Part shown: in pieces, positions 11,493 to 20,151 of the stretch
Numbering within the stretch: the stretch's first letter is position 1
Layout of the letters: each line of letters begins with the position of its first letter
Assembly (NCBI GenBank): GCA_964607485.1
Contig: CAZSKP010000038.1
Location: forward strand, 1-43,159
Origin: an uncultured bacterium
GTDB lineage: Bacteria; Abyssobacteria; SURF-5
DNA: 43,159 bases
Reading direction: 5' to 3'
Program-made: the position numbers and the translations under genes
The notes under the pieces: model-generated
Seen by the model: only the letters and a program-made list of their open reading frames with translations
Databases searched by the model: none
Told to the model about the DNA's origin: nothing

Positions 11493-13372
11493 GCTGTGCC
11501 CTTTCCGCGGTCGGCGCCTGCGGGCGCTTCGTGCGCCCGGTCGAGGGCGAGCTTGATTTCGCGCGCGAGCGCGGGCGAGATTCCGGCCACCGAGGCGATC
11601 TCCTCTTCGCTTGCCTCGGCGAGTCTGCGCGCGCTGCCGAAGCGTTTCAGCAGCGCCGTCCGCCTGCGCGGGCCGACTCCCCTGATGTCGTCCAGCGCGG
11701 AGTGTGTCTGCCTCTTCGAGCGGAGCTTCTTGTGATATGTGATGGCGAACCGGTGCGCCTCGTCGCGTATCTGCTGAAGCAGGCGGAGCGACGCCGAGCC
11801 CGGCCGCAGCAGAATGGGGTCCTTGCGGTGCGGGACGTAAATCTTGTCGGCGTCCTTGACGGCGATCTCCGACTTGTGCCGGTAGCGAATCTTCTCCTTG
11901 GCGATGCCTATCGCGTCCTGGTCGATTATCTGAAGTTCCTCGAACACGCTCAGCACGACGTTGAGCTGACCTTTTCCGCCATCGACGATTATCAGCGACG
12001 GCATCGGCCCCTCCGTCGTCGCGCGGCGCATATGTCTCGTGAGCACCTCGCGCATCATCGCGTAGTCGTCGGCGCCCTCGACGGTGCGCACTTTGAAGCG
12101 GCGGTAGTCGGCCTTTTTCGGGCGACCGTCCTCGAACACGACCATCGAGCCGACGGCGAGCTCGCCCGAGATGTTCGACATGTCGAACGCCTCGATACGT
12201 TCGGGCCTGGAGCGCAGCCTGAGGGCCCGCTGCAGCTCTTCGAGCGCGTCGGTCTCGGCCAGGGCGGCTCGCTGGCGCTCCTCGGAGACGGTGCGCGCGT
12301 TGAGCCGGGCCATCTCGAGCAGGCGGCGCTTCTCCCCGCGCATGGGCACGGCGACGCTCACGCGCTCACCCTTCTTGTCGGACAGCCATTGCTCGAACGC
12401 CTCGGCGTTTTCGGGCGCGAGCGGGAGGAGCACCTCCTTTGGGGCCGGCCTGCCGCCCGAGTAGAACTGGGTGAGCAGCGAGCCGAGCGCTTCTTCGGTC
12501 GGCACCTTTATCTCGTGGAAGTGGTACGGCTCGCTTCCGACCAACTTGCCCTTTCGGACTATCAGCACGGCGACATCGAGGCTGCCGTCGTCGCGCCACA
12601 GGCCGAACACGTCGCGGTCGGTCTCGTCGCCCGCGACCACCTTCTGACGCTCGACGGTCTTCTCCAGCGCCCGTATCTGATCGCGGTATCTGGCCGCCAG
12701 CTCGAAGTCGAGCCGGTCCGAGGACTCCTGCATCCGCTCGCGGAGCGACTGTATCAGCTCGTCGCTCTTTCCCTGGAGGAAGGCGACGACATTGCGCACG
12801 AGGGCGCCGTAGGTTTCCTCGTCCACCAGTCCGCAGCACGGCCCGAAGCATTTGTGCATGTCGTAGTATATGCAGGGGCGCTCGCGGCTGTTGAACGTGA
12901 CGTTCGAGCACTTGCGGAGCATGAAGTAGTTGTTCACGACGCGGTACGTCTCGCGAGCCGCGCGGGCCGACGAGTAGGGGCCGAAATAGAGCGCGCCGTC
13001 GCGTTTGACCTTGCGCGTGATGTAAAGCCGGGGATAATCGTCGCGCATCGTCAGCTTGAGCCGGAGGAAGCTCTTGTCGTCCTTGAGCTTGATGTTGTAC
13101 CGGGGCGCGTGTTGCTTGATGGCGCTGTCTTCGAGGATGATGGCTTCTTTTTCCGTGTCGGTGACGATGCACTCGACATCGGCCACGTGCGCCGCGAGGA
13201 ACGGCGACCACACGCGCCCGTCGTCGCCCGCCAGGAAATACGAGCGCACGCGCTTCTTGAGACTCTTCGCCTTGCCGACGTAGATCACCTTGCCCCGCGC
13301 GTTCTTCATGAGGTACACGCCGGGCGCGTCGGGGAAGTTCTTGGCTTTTTCTTCGAGCGCTTTCTTCGTCAT
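11489..13372 (-). CDS. uvrC: Excinuclease ABC subunit C
   Basis: GIY-YIG (PGVYLMK...IYVGKAKSL), UVR domain (FELAARYRD), RNase H-like (EAFDMSN, IVDGGKGQL), IRDEAHRFA and HhH. Start reassigned to ATG 13372. Confidence 0.97.
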   Translation of the reverse strand: MTKKALEEKAKNFPDAPGVYLMKNARGKVIYVGKAKSLKKRVRSYFLAGDDGRVWSPFLAAHVADVECIVTDTEKEAIILEDSAIKQHAPRYNIKLKDDKSFLRLKLTMRDDYPRLYITRKVKRDGALYFGPYSSARAARETYRVVNNYFMLRKCSNVTFNSRERPCIYYDMHKCFGPCCGLVDEETYGALVRNVVAFLQGKSDELIQSLRERMQESSDRLDFELAARYRDQIRALEKTVERQKVVAGDETDRDVFGLWRDDGSLDVAVLIVRKGKLVGSEPYHFHEIKVPTEEALGSLLTQFYSGGRPAPKEVLLPLAPENAEAFEQWLSDKKGERVSVAVPMRGEKRRLLEMARLNARTVSEERQRAALAETDALEELQRALRLRSRPERIEAFDMSNISGELAVGSMVVFEDGRPKKADYRRFKVRTVEGADDYAMMREVLTRHMRRATTEGPMPSLIIVDGGKGQLNVVLSVFEELQIIDQDAIGIAKEKIRYRHKSEIAVKDADKIYVPHRKDPILLRPGSASLRLLQQIRDEAHRFAITYHKKLRSKRQTHSALDDIRGVGPRRRTALLKRFGSARRLAEASEEEIASVAGISPALAREIKLALDRAHEAPAGADRGKGTA

Positions 13373-13489
13373 AACGGCCTCGCCGGCGGGAGATTCTCTC
13401 AGACAATTATACCCCAGCCGATTCGCGCCGGGCAAGGCTCAGGGGAGGTTAGAGACGAGCGGAAAGGAGAGAAGACCACGAAAGAATTT

Positions 13490-13567
13490 CCGCCACAGAG
13501 CGCACAGAGGTCACAGAGCGATTTTCCGTTTCTGTGCCTCTGTGTTCTCGGTGGTCTCTGTGGCAAA
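13490..13567. repeat. Inverted pair of CACAGAG 9-mer tandem repeats
   Basis: GCCACAGAG-CGCACAGAG-GTCACAGAG facing TTCTGTGC-CTCTGTGTT-CTCGGTGGT-CTCTGTGGC. Confidence 0.7.
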
Positions 13568-13618
13568 AGACTTCGGTAGGATTCCATTTCTGGATTCCCG
13601 CGTTCACGGCAATGACAA
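13555..13618. repeat. 64-bp composite repeat, copy 1 (ends in GGATTCCCGC..GGCAATGACA, a TGTC/CGTC-type REP)
   Basis: Aligns without gaps to 14966-15029 at 51/64 identities (hand count). Confidence 0.8.
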
Positions 13619-13705
13619 GGAAAGAGGATTTCGCGCCAGAATGGACCGCCGGGCCCTTGCCTTTGGAAAATCGGAAGAATGAAACGGAAGGTTCCGTAAT
13701 CCTTA

Positions 13706-14809
13706 CTATTCTTTTGCGCCTGCCTCTTTGAGTACCCGGACAGTTTCGGTATGTCCCTGCTCGAAGGCGAGCGCCAGGCTTGTGTGGCCTTCATTGTCTT
13801 TCGCATTCACGTCTGCGCCCTTGTCCAACAAGATTTTCACGACGTCGGTGTTGCCCTTGAATGCGGCAGCCATCAAGGGTGTCATTCCGTTGCAGGCTTT
13901 TGTGTTCACGTCAGCCCCTTTTCCCATGAGAGCAATTACAGTATCCATGCGATTCGCCGACGCCGCCAAATACAAAGCAGTGTATCCCTTATCGGTTCTT
14001 GCACGCAGGTCTGCGCCCTTATCCAGAAGCACGAATGCCGTGTCGGTATGTCCCATAACCGCGGCATCCATCAGCGGTGTCTTGCAGCGTGCGTCTGCCG
14101 CGTTCGGGTCTGCGCCTCTGTCTATCAAAGCTGTCACTGCATCGGTGCTGCCGTTGCCTGCCGCAAACATCAAGGCGGTCGTGCAACCATTGTCTCTTGC
14201 GTTGACGTCTGCGCCATTATCAAGGAGGGTGCGCACCACATCGGGATGATTATAGAACGCAGCACCCATCAGCGCTGTCATCCCAAACGCTTCGTGACGT
14301 TCATTTACATTTGCCCCGTACCTCAGCAAGGTTTCCACAACGTCGTCATGACCTCCGACAGACGCGATCATTAAGGCCGTTTGACCGCTTTTGTCTTTGA
14401 TGTTCGGGTCGGCGCCATTGGAAACGAGAAATTCAACTCTGCCGTTGTCGCCGCCAGATGTTGCCCGCAACAACGAGGGAATCAGATACATGTCGATTGT
14501 TCTGTGGGTAAGCGCATTGTAGAGAACAAACAGGATAAAGAAAGAGGCTACAACTGCTGCGGATTTGATGGCGGCTCGCCGCTTGAACAGTTTTCTGCCC
14601 GTCCACGCAAAGCCGATCAGGGTGAGAATAACGATAACAAGATGAATGCCGGCTTGGACCAAGTAGATGTTTTCGTGTCTTTGGTCGGAAATAATTTCGC
14701 GTGCAACCAACAGGAAAGCGATTGCGTTGCCTGTCATGCCCCACGTGAAAAAAAAGAATCCCAGTGCCCACAGAATCTTCTTTATGACCGTGCTCCTGAT
14801 TCGTGGCAA
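13706..14809 (-). CDS. Membrane-anchored ankyrin-repeat protein (about 3 N-terminal TM helices and 7-8 ankyrin repeats)
   Basis: Repeated G.T(A/P)LM.AA..G....V..LL..GADVN units; hydrophobic N-terminus; AT-richer than its neighbours. TTG start is uncertain. Confidence 0.9.
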   Translation of the reverse strand: MPRIRSTVIKKILWALGFFFFTWGMTGNAIAFLLVAREIISDQRHENIYLVQAGIHLVIVILTLIGFAWTGRKLFKRRAAIKSAAVVASFFILFVLYNALTHRTIDMYLIPSLLRATSGGDNGRVEFLVSNGADPNIKDKSGQTALMIASVGGHDDVVETLLRYGANVNERHEAFGMTALMGAAFYNHPDVVRTLLDNGADVNARDNGCTTALMFAAGNGSTDAVTALIDRGADPNAADARCKTPLMDAAVMGHTDTAFVLLDKGADLRARTDKGYTALYLAASANRMDTVIALMGKGADVNTKACNGMTPLMAAAFKGNTDVVKILLDKGADVNAKDNEGHTSLALAFEQGHTETVRVLKEAGAKE

Positions 14810-14929
14810 CTTCGGCTACGCTCCTATTTCTCGTCGCGGTTCTTTCGGCCGGACATGACGGTTTCCTCAGTGACAATATTATATCATATCTTCCGATGGG
14901 GGCAGTCGCCGCCGCCGCGCGGATATTTC

Positions 14930-14958
14930 TGTAGGGGCGGTTCGCGAACCGTCCCTAC
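14930..14958. repeat. GTAG-type REP palindrome
   Basis: TGTAGGGGCGGTTCGCGAACCGTCCCTAC, a near-perfect hairpin starting with GTAG. Confidence 0.75.
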
Positions 14959-14965
14959 TCTGTGT

Positions 14966-15029
14966 TCTCTGTGGCAAATAGCGTTGGTAAGATTTTGATT
15001 CTGGATTCCCGCGTGCGCGGGAATGACAA
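14966..15029. repeat. 64-bp composite repeat, copy 2 (GGATTCCCGCGTGCGCGGGAATGACA)
   Basis: Direct repeat of 13555-13618; contains an ATTCCC-N8-GGGAAT palindrome. Confidence 0.8.
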
Positions 15030-15037
15030 AGAAGAGA

Positions 15038-15130
15038 AATCTGCGTGCATCTGTGTTCGTATGCGGTTTGGAAAAGAAAGAACGACCAAGCCACGAAGGG
15101 AACCGCGGATGAATGCAGATAAACGCGGAT
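15038..15130. repeat. Inverted pair of ~10-mer tandem repeats (ATCTGCG / CGCAGAT family)
   Basis: AATCTGCGTGC-ATCTGTGTTC-GTATGCGGTT facing AACCGCGGAT-GAATGCAGAT-AAACGCGGAT. Confidence 0.6.
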
Positions 15131-15136
15131 AGAGAT

Positions 15137-15173
15137 GTGGCCTCTCGGGGACTGGATACCGTCGAGAGGCCAC
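15137..15173. terminator. 11-bp stem-loop downstream of the PHP gene (possible terminator or REP)
   Basis: GTGGCCTCTCG...CGAGAGGCCAC; no clear U-tract. Confidence 0.3.
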
Positions 15174-15222
15174 GATTAAGTCGCGGGGTCTCACCCCACC
15201 CGGAAGAATTGCCGATCAGGCG

Positions 15223-16587
15223 TTAGGGAATATCGACAAACACCGGGTTTGACCATGCGAATTGATACGTCTCGCTGACCACATCGTAGGATGTGACCTC
15301 GACTCGATAGTAACCATCCTCGGTCACGTCGTTGTCCGCCAGCGTGAGATTGACGGTTGGCGCCACAGGGCTCGTAGAATACCAGAGCGCGCCGTCCTTT
15401 ATTACGTCTATCTTGACCAGTATCGCGGTCATTGCCTCCGAGTTGGCGGTCAGCTTGATGTTGGCGGTGCCGTCGAAGATGAACGCCGTGTCGCCCATGT
15501 TTTCGCCGTTCACACACAGCGAGAGCGACGGTCCCGTGGTGGCAAAGGTTCGTCCGGCCTTGATGGCCTTATAGAGTTCCTTCGCATTCAGCTTCTTCAC
15601 ATATGCGCCATTCTTCGCCGAGCCCACCTTCGAACCCTCGATATCCTTGGTGTTGTGGGCGTCGCTGTTGGCCAGGCCGAAAATGGGTGTATCGACGGCG
15701 CCGTCCACGTAGGCCATGAGAAGGTCGTCCCACGAGTTCAACGGGGCCTCGGGCGCGCCCAGCCACTGGCCGGTGCCGCTAAACGCTAGAGTCGCCCAAA
15801 ACACAACGTCTCTCACGGCTATCTGGGAAGGAAGCGGGGGAAACGGAGGCGAGGGTAACGGGTTATCTATGAGCATATGCACGTTCGCGTCGCTCTCGCC
15901 GGTAACGGCCAGGTTGTTCAGCATTATCCCGAACTGCCACGCTTCCTCGGGCGAATAGCCAAGTTGTGACGCGTAACTGCTGATGTCATCGACGTGGCCC
16001 TGATTGTACACCTCGAGGTTGTTCACTCCGTATGAGAGCTGGGTGCTGCCTGACGGATGATTGTGCACGGCGATCCCATGATTCTTGTGGATGTAATCAA
16101 CCCACTTTGCGAGATTTTCCGGATACAATGGGCCGGTTCCGGCGGAGTTGGGCGGAGACTCCCACACTTCTTCAGGGCAGCGCTCAAGGGAGTCATCACC
16201 GACGAAGGGATCGTCGACGCCGAGCGCGATGATATGGTCGCGGTTTAGCATGCCATCGCTTCCCGTCACCTCAAAGCCGGGCAGGACGAGGAAATTGCAG
16301 TCCTCCGGGTCGGGGCAGTCCGACGCAGCCTCGGCTTGCGCGACCAGAGACGCCCAATTTACCTGCGTCAGGCTTTTGCAGTGGTCGGTGATTATCACCG
16401 CGTCCAGTCCGCGCGCGAGCGCGGTCGTCTTTATGTCGCTCACCTCGCCCGTGCCGTCGGAGCGTGTGGTGTGCATGTGCCCATCGTAATAAATAAGTTT
16501 AAACGGATTTCCTGCGAAAGCGCTTCCGGCGCTGAATACGACCAGCAGCGCCGATGCAAGCATGACAAACAACGTCCGAGTTTTCAT
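15223..16587 (-). CDS. Secreted PHP-domain (CehA/McbA-like) metallohydrolase
   Basis: Signal peptide (MKTRTLFVMLASALLVVFSAGSAFA), DGHMHT..SDG, ITDH, GFEVT, HNHP, NSDAH, AIKAGRTFATTGP and C-terminal AWSNPVF. Strong RBS before ATG 16587. Confidence 0.85.
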   Translation of the reverse strand: MKTRTLFVMLASALLVVFSAGSAFAGNPFKLIYYDGHMHTTRSDGTGEVSDIKTTALARGLDAVIITDHCKSLTQVNWASLVAQAEAASDCPDPEDCNFLVLPGFEVTGSDGMLNRDHIIALGVDDPFVGDDSLERCPEEVWESPPNSAGTGPLYPENLAKWVDYIHKNHGIAVHNHPSGSTQLSYGVNNLEVYNQGHVDDISSYASQLGYSPEEAWQFGIMLNNLAVTGESDANVHMLIDNPLPSPPFPPLPSQIAVRDVVFWATLAFSGTGQWLGAPEAPLNSWDDLLMAYVDGAVDTPIFGLANSDAHNTKDIEGSKVGSAKNGAYVKKLNAKELYKAIKAGRTFATTGPSLSLCVNGENMGDTAFIFDGTANIKLTANSEAMTAILVKIDVIKDGALWYSTSPVAPTVNLTLADNDVTEDGYYRVEVTSYDVVSETYQFAWSNPVFVDIP

Positions 16588-17112
16588 CTCTTCTCCCTCC
16601 TCCTTTTCTTGCACAACCGCGGTTGCATTCAACCGTCAACAAATCACAGCATAGGCATCCCCCCTTCTTGTTTTTCACACTCATTCAGCGGCTGGTTCGC
16701 TCCGGGACCCGGAGAACAAATAGGTAAGACGGGAAAGAGGAACTGCAAAAAGGCTGGGAGGAGTGATGCGTGAAAATGTTTGGAACCCTCGGTTTCTGCG
16801 GTCTCTCTTTGCTCCATGAGAAAGCATGCGTAAGACCCCCCGACCCAGACCGGCCCCAATCTCTAACAGGCTTTCTATCACATGTGGAATTAGACTGTCA
16901 AGAGAAAAAATATTGCTATAGGCTAATTTAGCGAAGGGTGGACGCGCATGGCATCAACCGATGGTTTTCCATAGGGTTGGCAGAGGCGGACCGCTCAGGT
17001 TTGGTGCTTTCAACGTAACATTCAGGCGTGAAAGAACTTATCCGCGAAGCGCGCGAAGCAGATGTAGCACACTATGGCCTTCCGTCGTTCTTTGTGCCAT
17101 GGCGGCTCACTC

Positions 17113-18237
17113 TCACTTCCGCATCTCGATGGCGATGAACTTCTCGTTGGAGGGGCCTTTGTAGTCGGAGATGGGCCGGATGAGCCTGTTATCGGAAAGT
17201 TGTTCGAGGATGTGGGCCGTCCAGCCGGCCATGCGGCTCATGGCGAAGATGGCCGTGTACAGGTCGAGCGGGATACCCATACAGTAATAGACCGACGCCG
17301 AGTAGAAGTCCACATTCGGGTCCATCCCCTTTTCCTCTCGCATGATTTCCTCGATGCGGGTGAGCATGCTGTACCACAGCGGGCCGCAGCCGTGCTCGCT
17401 CATCCATTTCGAGTACCGCTTCAGAATCTTCGCGCGCGGGTCCATCGTCTTGTACACGCGATGCCCGATGCCCATGACGCGGCCTTTCTTCTCCAGAAGA
17501 TTGTGAACGTAGTCGTCCACCTTGTCGAGCTCGCCGATTTCGAGGAGCATCTGCATCACGCGCATGTTGGCGCCGCCGTGGAGCGGGCCCTTGAGCGTAC
17601 CGATGGCGGAAGTGACGGCCGCGTATATGTCCGACAAAGTGCTGATGGTCACGCGTGCGGAGAACGTCGAGGCGTTGAGGTCGTGGTCGGCGTGCAGTGT
17701 GAGGCATACGTCGAGCATGCGGGTGAGCACGGGCATCATCTCCTGGCCGGCGAGCATGTAAAGGAAATTATCGGCCAGGCTCTTGTCCTTCATCGGTTCG
17801 ATGACGGGAAGCTCGTTGCGGTTGCGGTTGTAGGCGGCGATTATCGTCGGCGTCTTCGCGACGAGGCGGCCCGCCTTGCGCAGGTTCGCCTCGCGGGATG
17901 AGTCCTCGGTCTCGGGGTCGTACAGGGCGAGCATGCTGATGGATGTCCGCAGCACGTCCATCGGGTGTGCGTCTTTGGGCGACGAGGTTATGAAGTCGAG
18001 CACCGGCTTGGGCAGGTCGCGTTCGGAGGCGAGGTGCTTGTTGAACGCGTCGAGCTCGGTCTGGTTGGGCAGTTTTCCGTTCCAGAGCAAATAGATGACT
18101 TCCTCGAAGCTCGCGCTGTCGGCCAGCACCTCTATCGGATAGCCGCGATACGCGAGAATGCCCTTGTGCCCGTCGATGAAACAGAGCTTCGATTCGGCTA
18201 CGACAACTCCCTCAAGTCCCTTGGCGGTGGTCGTCAT
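17113..18237 (-). CDS. Citrate synthase, short dimeric type (2-methylcitrate synthase not excluded)
   Basis: KGLEGV, HADHDLNASTF, GPLHGGAN, MGIGHRVY, PNVDFYS, SRMAGW and RLIRP. Confidence 0.93.
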   Translation of the reverse strand: MTTTAKGLEGVVVAESKLCFIDGHKGILAYRGYPIEVLADSASFEEVIYLLWNGKLPNQTELDAFNKHLASERDLPKPVLDFITSSPKDAHPMDVLRTSISMLALYDPETEDSSREANLRKAGRLVAKTPTIIAAYNRNRNELPVIEPMKDKSLADNFLYMLAGQEMMPVLTRMLDVCLTLHADHDLNASTFSARVTISTLSDIYAAVTSAIGTLKGPLHGGANMRVMQMLLEIGELDKVDDYVHNLLEKKGRVMGIGHRVYKTMDPRAKILKRYSKWMSEHGCGPLWYSMLTRIEEIMREEKGMDPNVDFYSASVYYCMGIPLDLYTAIFAMSRMAGWTAHILEQLSDNRLIRPISDYKGPSNEKFIAIEMRK

Positions 18238-18406
18238 TTCTGTCGCCCCCTTCTGTTCGGTGCAGCCGCGCCCGCCTCTGCGATGGAAAACGCCGCCTTG
18301 ATATGCGCTCTTCCCGTGCGAACAATAAGTTCATGTAGGAAAACATTCCTTCTAGGTTATTTTGACATGCGATTGCCGTTCTGTAAAGGGAGGGATAAAG
18401 GCTTTT

Positions 18407-18485
18407 GGGGGGAAAAGGGAAAAGGGGGAAAGGCGAAGGGCGAAAGGAAAGACATCCTCACCGCAAAGACGCCAAGGACGCAAAG
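18407..18485. repeat. Purine heptamer tandem followed by CGCAAAG-type tandem repeats
   Basis: GGGGAAAAGGGAAAAGGGGGAAAGGCGAAGGGCGAAAGG, then TCACCGCAAAGACGCCAAGGACGCAAAG. Confidence 0.55.
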
Positions 18486-18616
18486 GGGGCTTCGCGGCCA
18501 TTGTGGGTGAATCCCTTTAGCCGACAAACCGGAAAGCGTCCATAGGTCGCAAATTCGAGATTAACGATTTGACCCCTTTCGCCGCAGACTGCCTTGAGAC
18601 ATTCCTGCTTTTGTGA

Positions 18617-18646
18617 TTGACGACGGGCGTAGCAAGATGGTAATAT
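18617..18646 (+). promoter_or_regulatory. Putative sigma70 promoter of the HEPN-motif gene
   Basis: TTGACG-18-TAATAT with an extended TG. Confidence 0.5.
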
Positions 18647-18675
18647 TTTTTATCACTAGATAAGAGGGTGGCAAG

Positions 18676-20001
18676 ATGAGCGAAAATCAATTGCAGGGAG
18701 GATCATCTGCCAGCGCTAGACGGGAGGAAGAAGATCCAGACATCTCACCTATCGCCGAAGGGACACTTTCTTTCATTGGCCGCATAAATGGTTTGGCCAT
18801 TTCTTTTCCGCTAGTCACGTCTTTGTTGGAAGACGGTTGCAAGACGGAAGTTGGTAGGTTTCACGAATTCATCAAAGAGACAGCAGAAGAAGTAAAAGAA
18901 GAAAGCGAATCTTCAGAGAAGCCGAAAAGAAAGTATAAACTCGGCATTTCTAACATTCATGTATTCTGGAAGTGGATAAATGATCTGCTCAATGTAGACT
19001 CTGCTAGGATCATTATCCCGCAGAGCTTCGTTCTATCCCTTGTAAGTCAGTATGATTTCTTCTTGGGCCATCTCTTGCGTTGTTTATACTTGATGAGGCC
19101 TGAGTTGCTTAATGCCTCAGAGAAGAGTCTTACATATGGTCAACTCCTCGATTTCGAATCTATGGACGAGGCTAAGGAGTTCGTTCTCGAGAAAGAGATC
19201 GAATGGATCTTGAGAAAGAGCCACGTGGATCAATTCTTGGCCATGGAGAAGATCTTCAGTATTGAACTCAGGAAAGGCCTGGACGCATGGCCGATGTTTG
19301 TAGAAGTGACTGAACGAAGGAATCTTTTTGCTCATACAAATGGAGTGGTGTCAAGGCAATACTTGGAAGTTTGCCAGAAACATAATGTGGCAGTTGGGCC
19401 GGAGACGAGGGTTGGCAAGACACTTGGGGCGTCAGAAGAATACTTTGATGCAGCCTACGGTTGTATTTTTGAAATTGGCGTGAAACTTGCTAAAGTGCTC
19501 TGGAGAAAGACCTGTCCGAAGGAAATCGCATTGGCTGATGAACTGCTGACACAAATTATCTATGATTTACTGGTAAGAGAAAGGTATGATCTTGCGCGGA
19601 AACTTGCCGATTTCTCGCAACTTACGGTGAAGACCTTTTCGAGTGACGCGAGGAGGCGGGTCTTCATCGTAAACCGGGCACAAGCCTACAAGTGGAATGG
19701 GGATGAATCTCTGTGTCGGCAGATACTTGAACAAGAGGATTGGTCATCCTGCAGTGATAAGTTTAAGCTCGCAAGATTTGTGCTCTTGGAAGATTTTGAA
19801 CAGGCGGCTAAGTTAATGATCGCTATGGGGAAAAGCGGCGAAATTAATGAAGAGGCTTATCAAGCATGGCCTCTTTTCAAGGAATTTCGAAAGTCGGAGT
19901 CATTCTTGAGCGCATATGAGGATATTTTCGGTCGCCCCTTTGTGACAGTAGAAGAACCTCAGATTGGCGGCGTCAACATGTGTGAGGCGAGCGAGGAATA
20001 G
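18676..20001 (+). CDS. Hypothetical 441-aa all-alpha protein with a HEPN-like RNase motif (RRNLFAH)
   Basis: Long ORF with RBS and promoter; AT-richer than its flanks; R-x4-5-H motif at 19315-19335; helical, possibly TPR-like C-terminus. Confidence 0.6.
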   Translation: MSENQLQGGSSASARREEEDPDISPIAEGTLSFIGRINGLAISFPLVTSLLEDGCKTEVGRFHEFIKETAEEVKEESESSEKPKRKYKLGISNIHVFWKWINDLLNVDSARIIIPQSFVLSLVSQYDFFLGHLLRCLYLMRPELLNASEKSLTYGQLLDFESMDEAKEFVLEKEIEWILRKSHVDQFLAMEKIFSIELRKGLDAWPMFVEVTERRNLFAHTNGVVSRQYLEVCQKHNVAVGPETRVGKTLGASEEYFDAAYGCIFEIGVKLAKVLWRKTCPKEIALADELLTQIIYDLLVRERYDLARKLADFSQLTVKTFSSDARRRVFIVNRAQAYKWNGDESLCRQILEQEDWSSCSDKFKLARFVLLEDFEQAAKLMIAMGKSGEINEEAYQAWPLFKEFRKSESFLSAYEDIFGRPFVTVEEPQIGGVNMCEASEE

Positions 20002-20060
20002 CGACCGTGATCTCATTCCCCATCTTTCTCTGCGGGTGAAGGCAATTTCACCTCTTCCGG

Positions 20061-20090
20061 TTGATTCGCGCGCTGATTTTGGCGTATAAT
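20061..20090 (+). promoter_or_regulatory. Putative sigma70 promoter
   Basis: TTGATT-18-TATAAT upstream of the aminotransferase. Confidence 0.5.
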
Positions 20091-20151
20091 CGAGGCTGTC
20101 AACAACCTTTTCAGAGTCGCATCTTCCCACCGGGTTCCGAGGAGAAAACGC

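Noticed and set aside
11435-13579. Long alternative-frame ORFs (714 aa here; also 378-1430, 27762-29411, 20325-21428, 30250-31326 and others)
   Set aside because: Antisense or frame shadows of well-supported genes, expected in high-GC DNA; no recognisable motifs.
14824-14856. Mini-ORF MSGRKNRDEK* with RBS upstream of the ankyrin gene
   Set aside because: Out of frame with the ankyrin ORF and too short to support. It could be a frameshifted N-terminus remnant, which cannot be resolved here.
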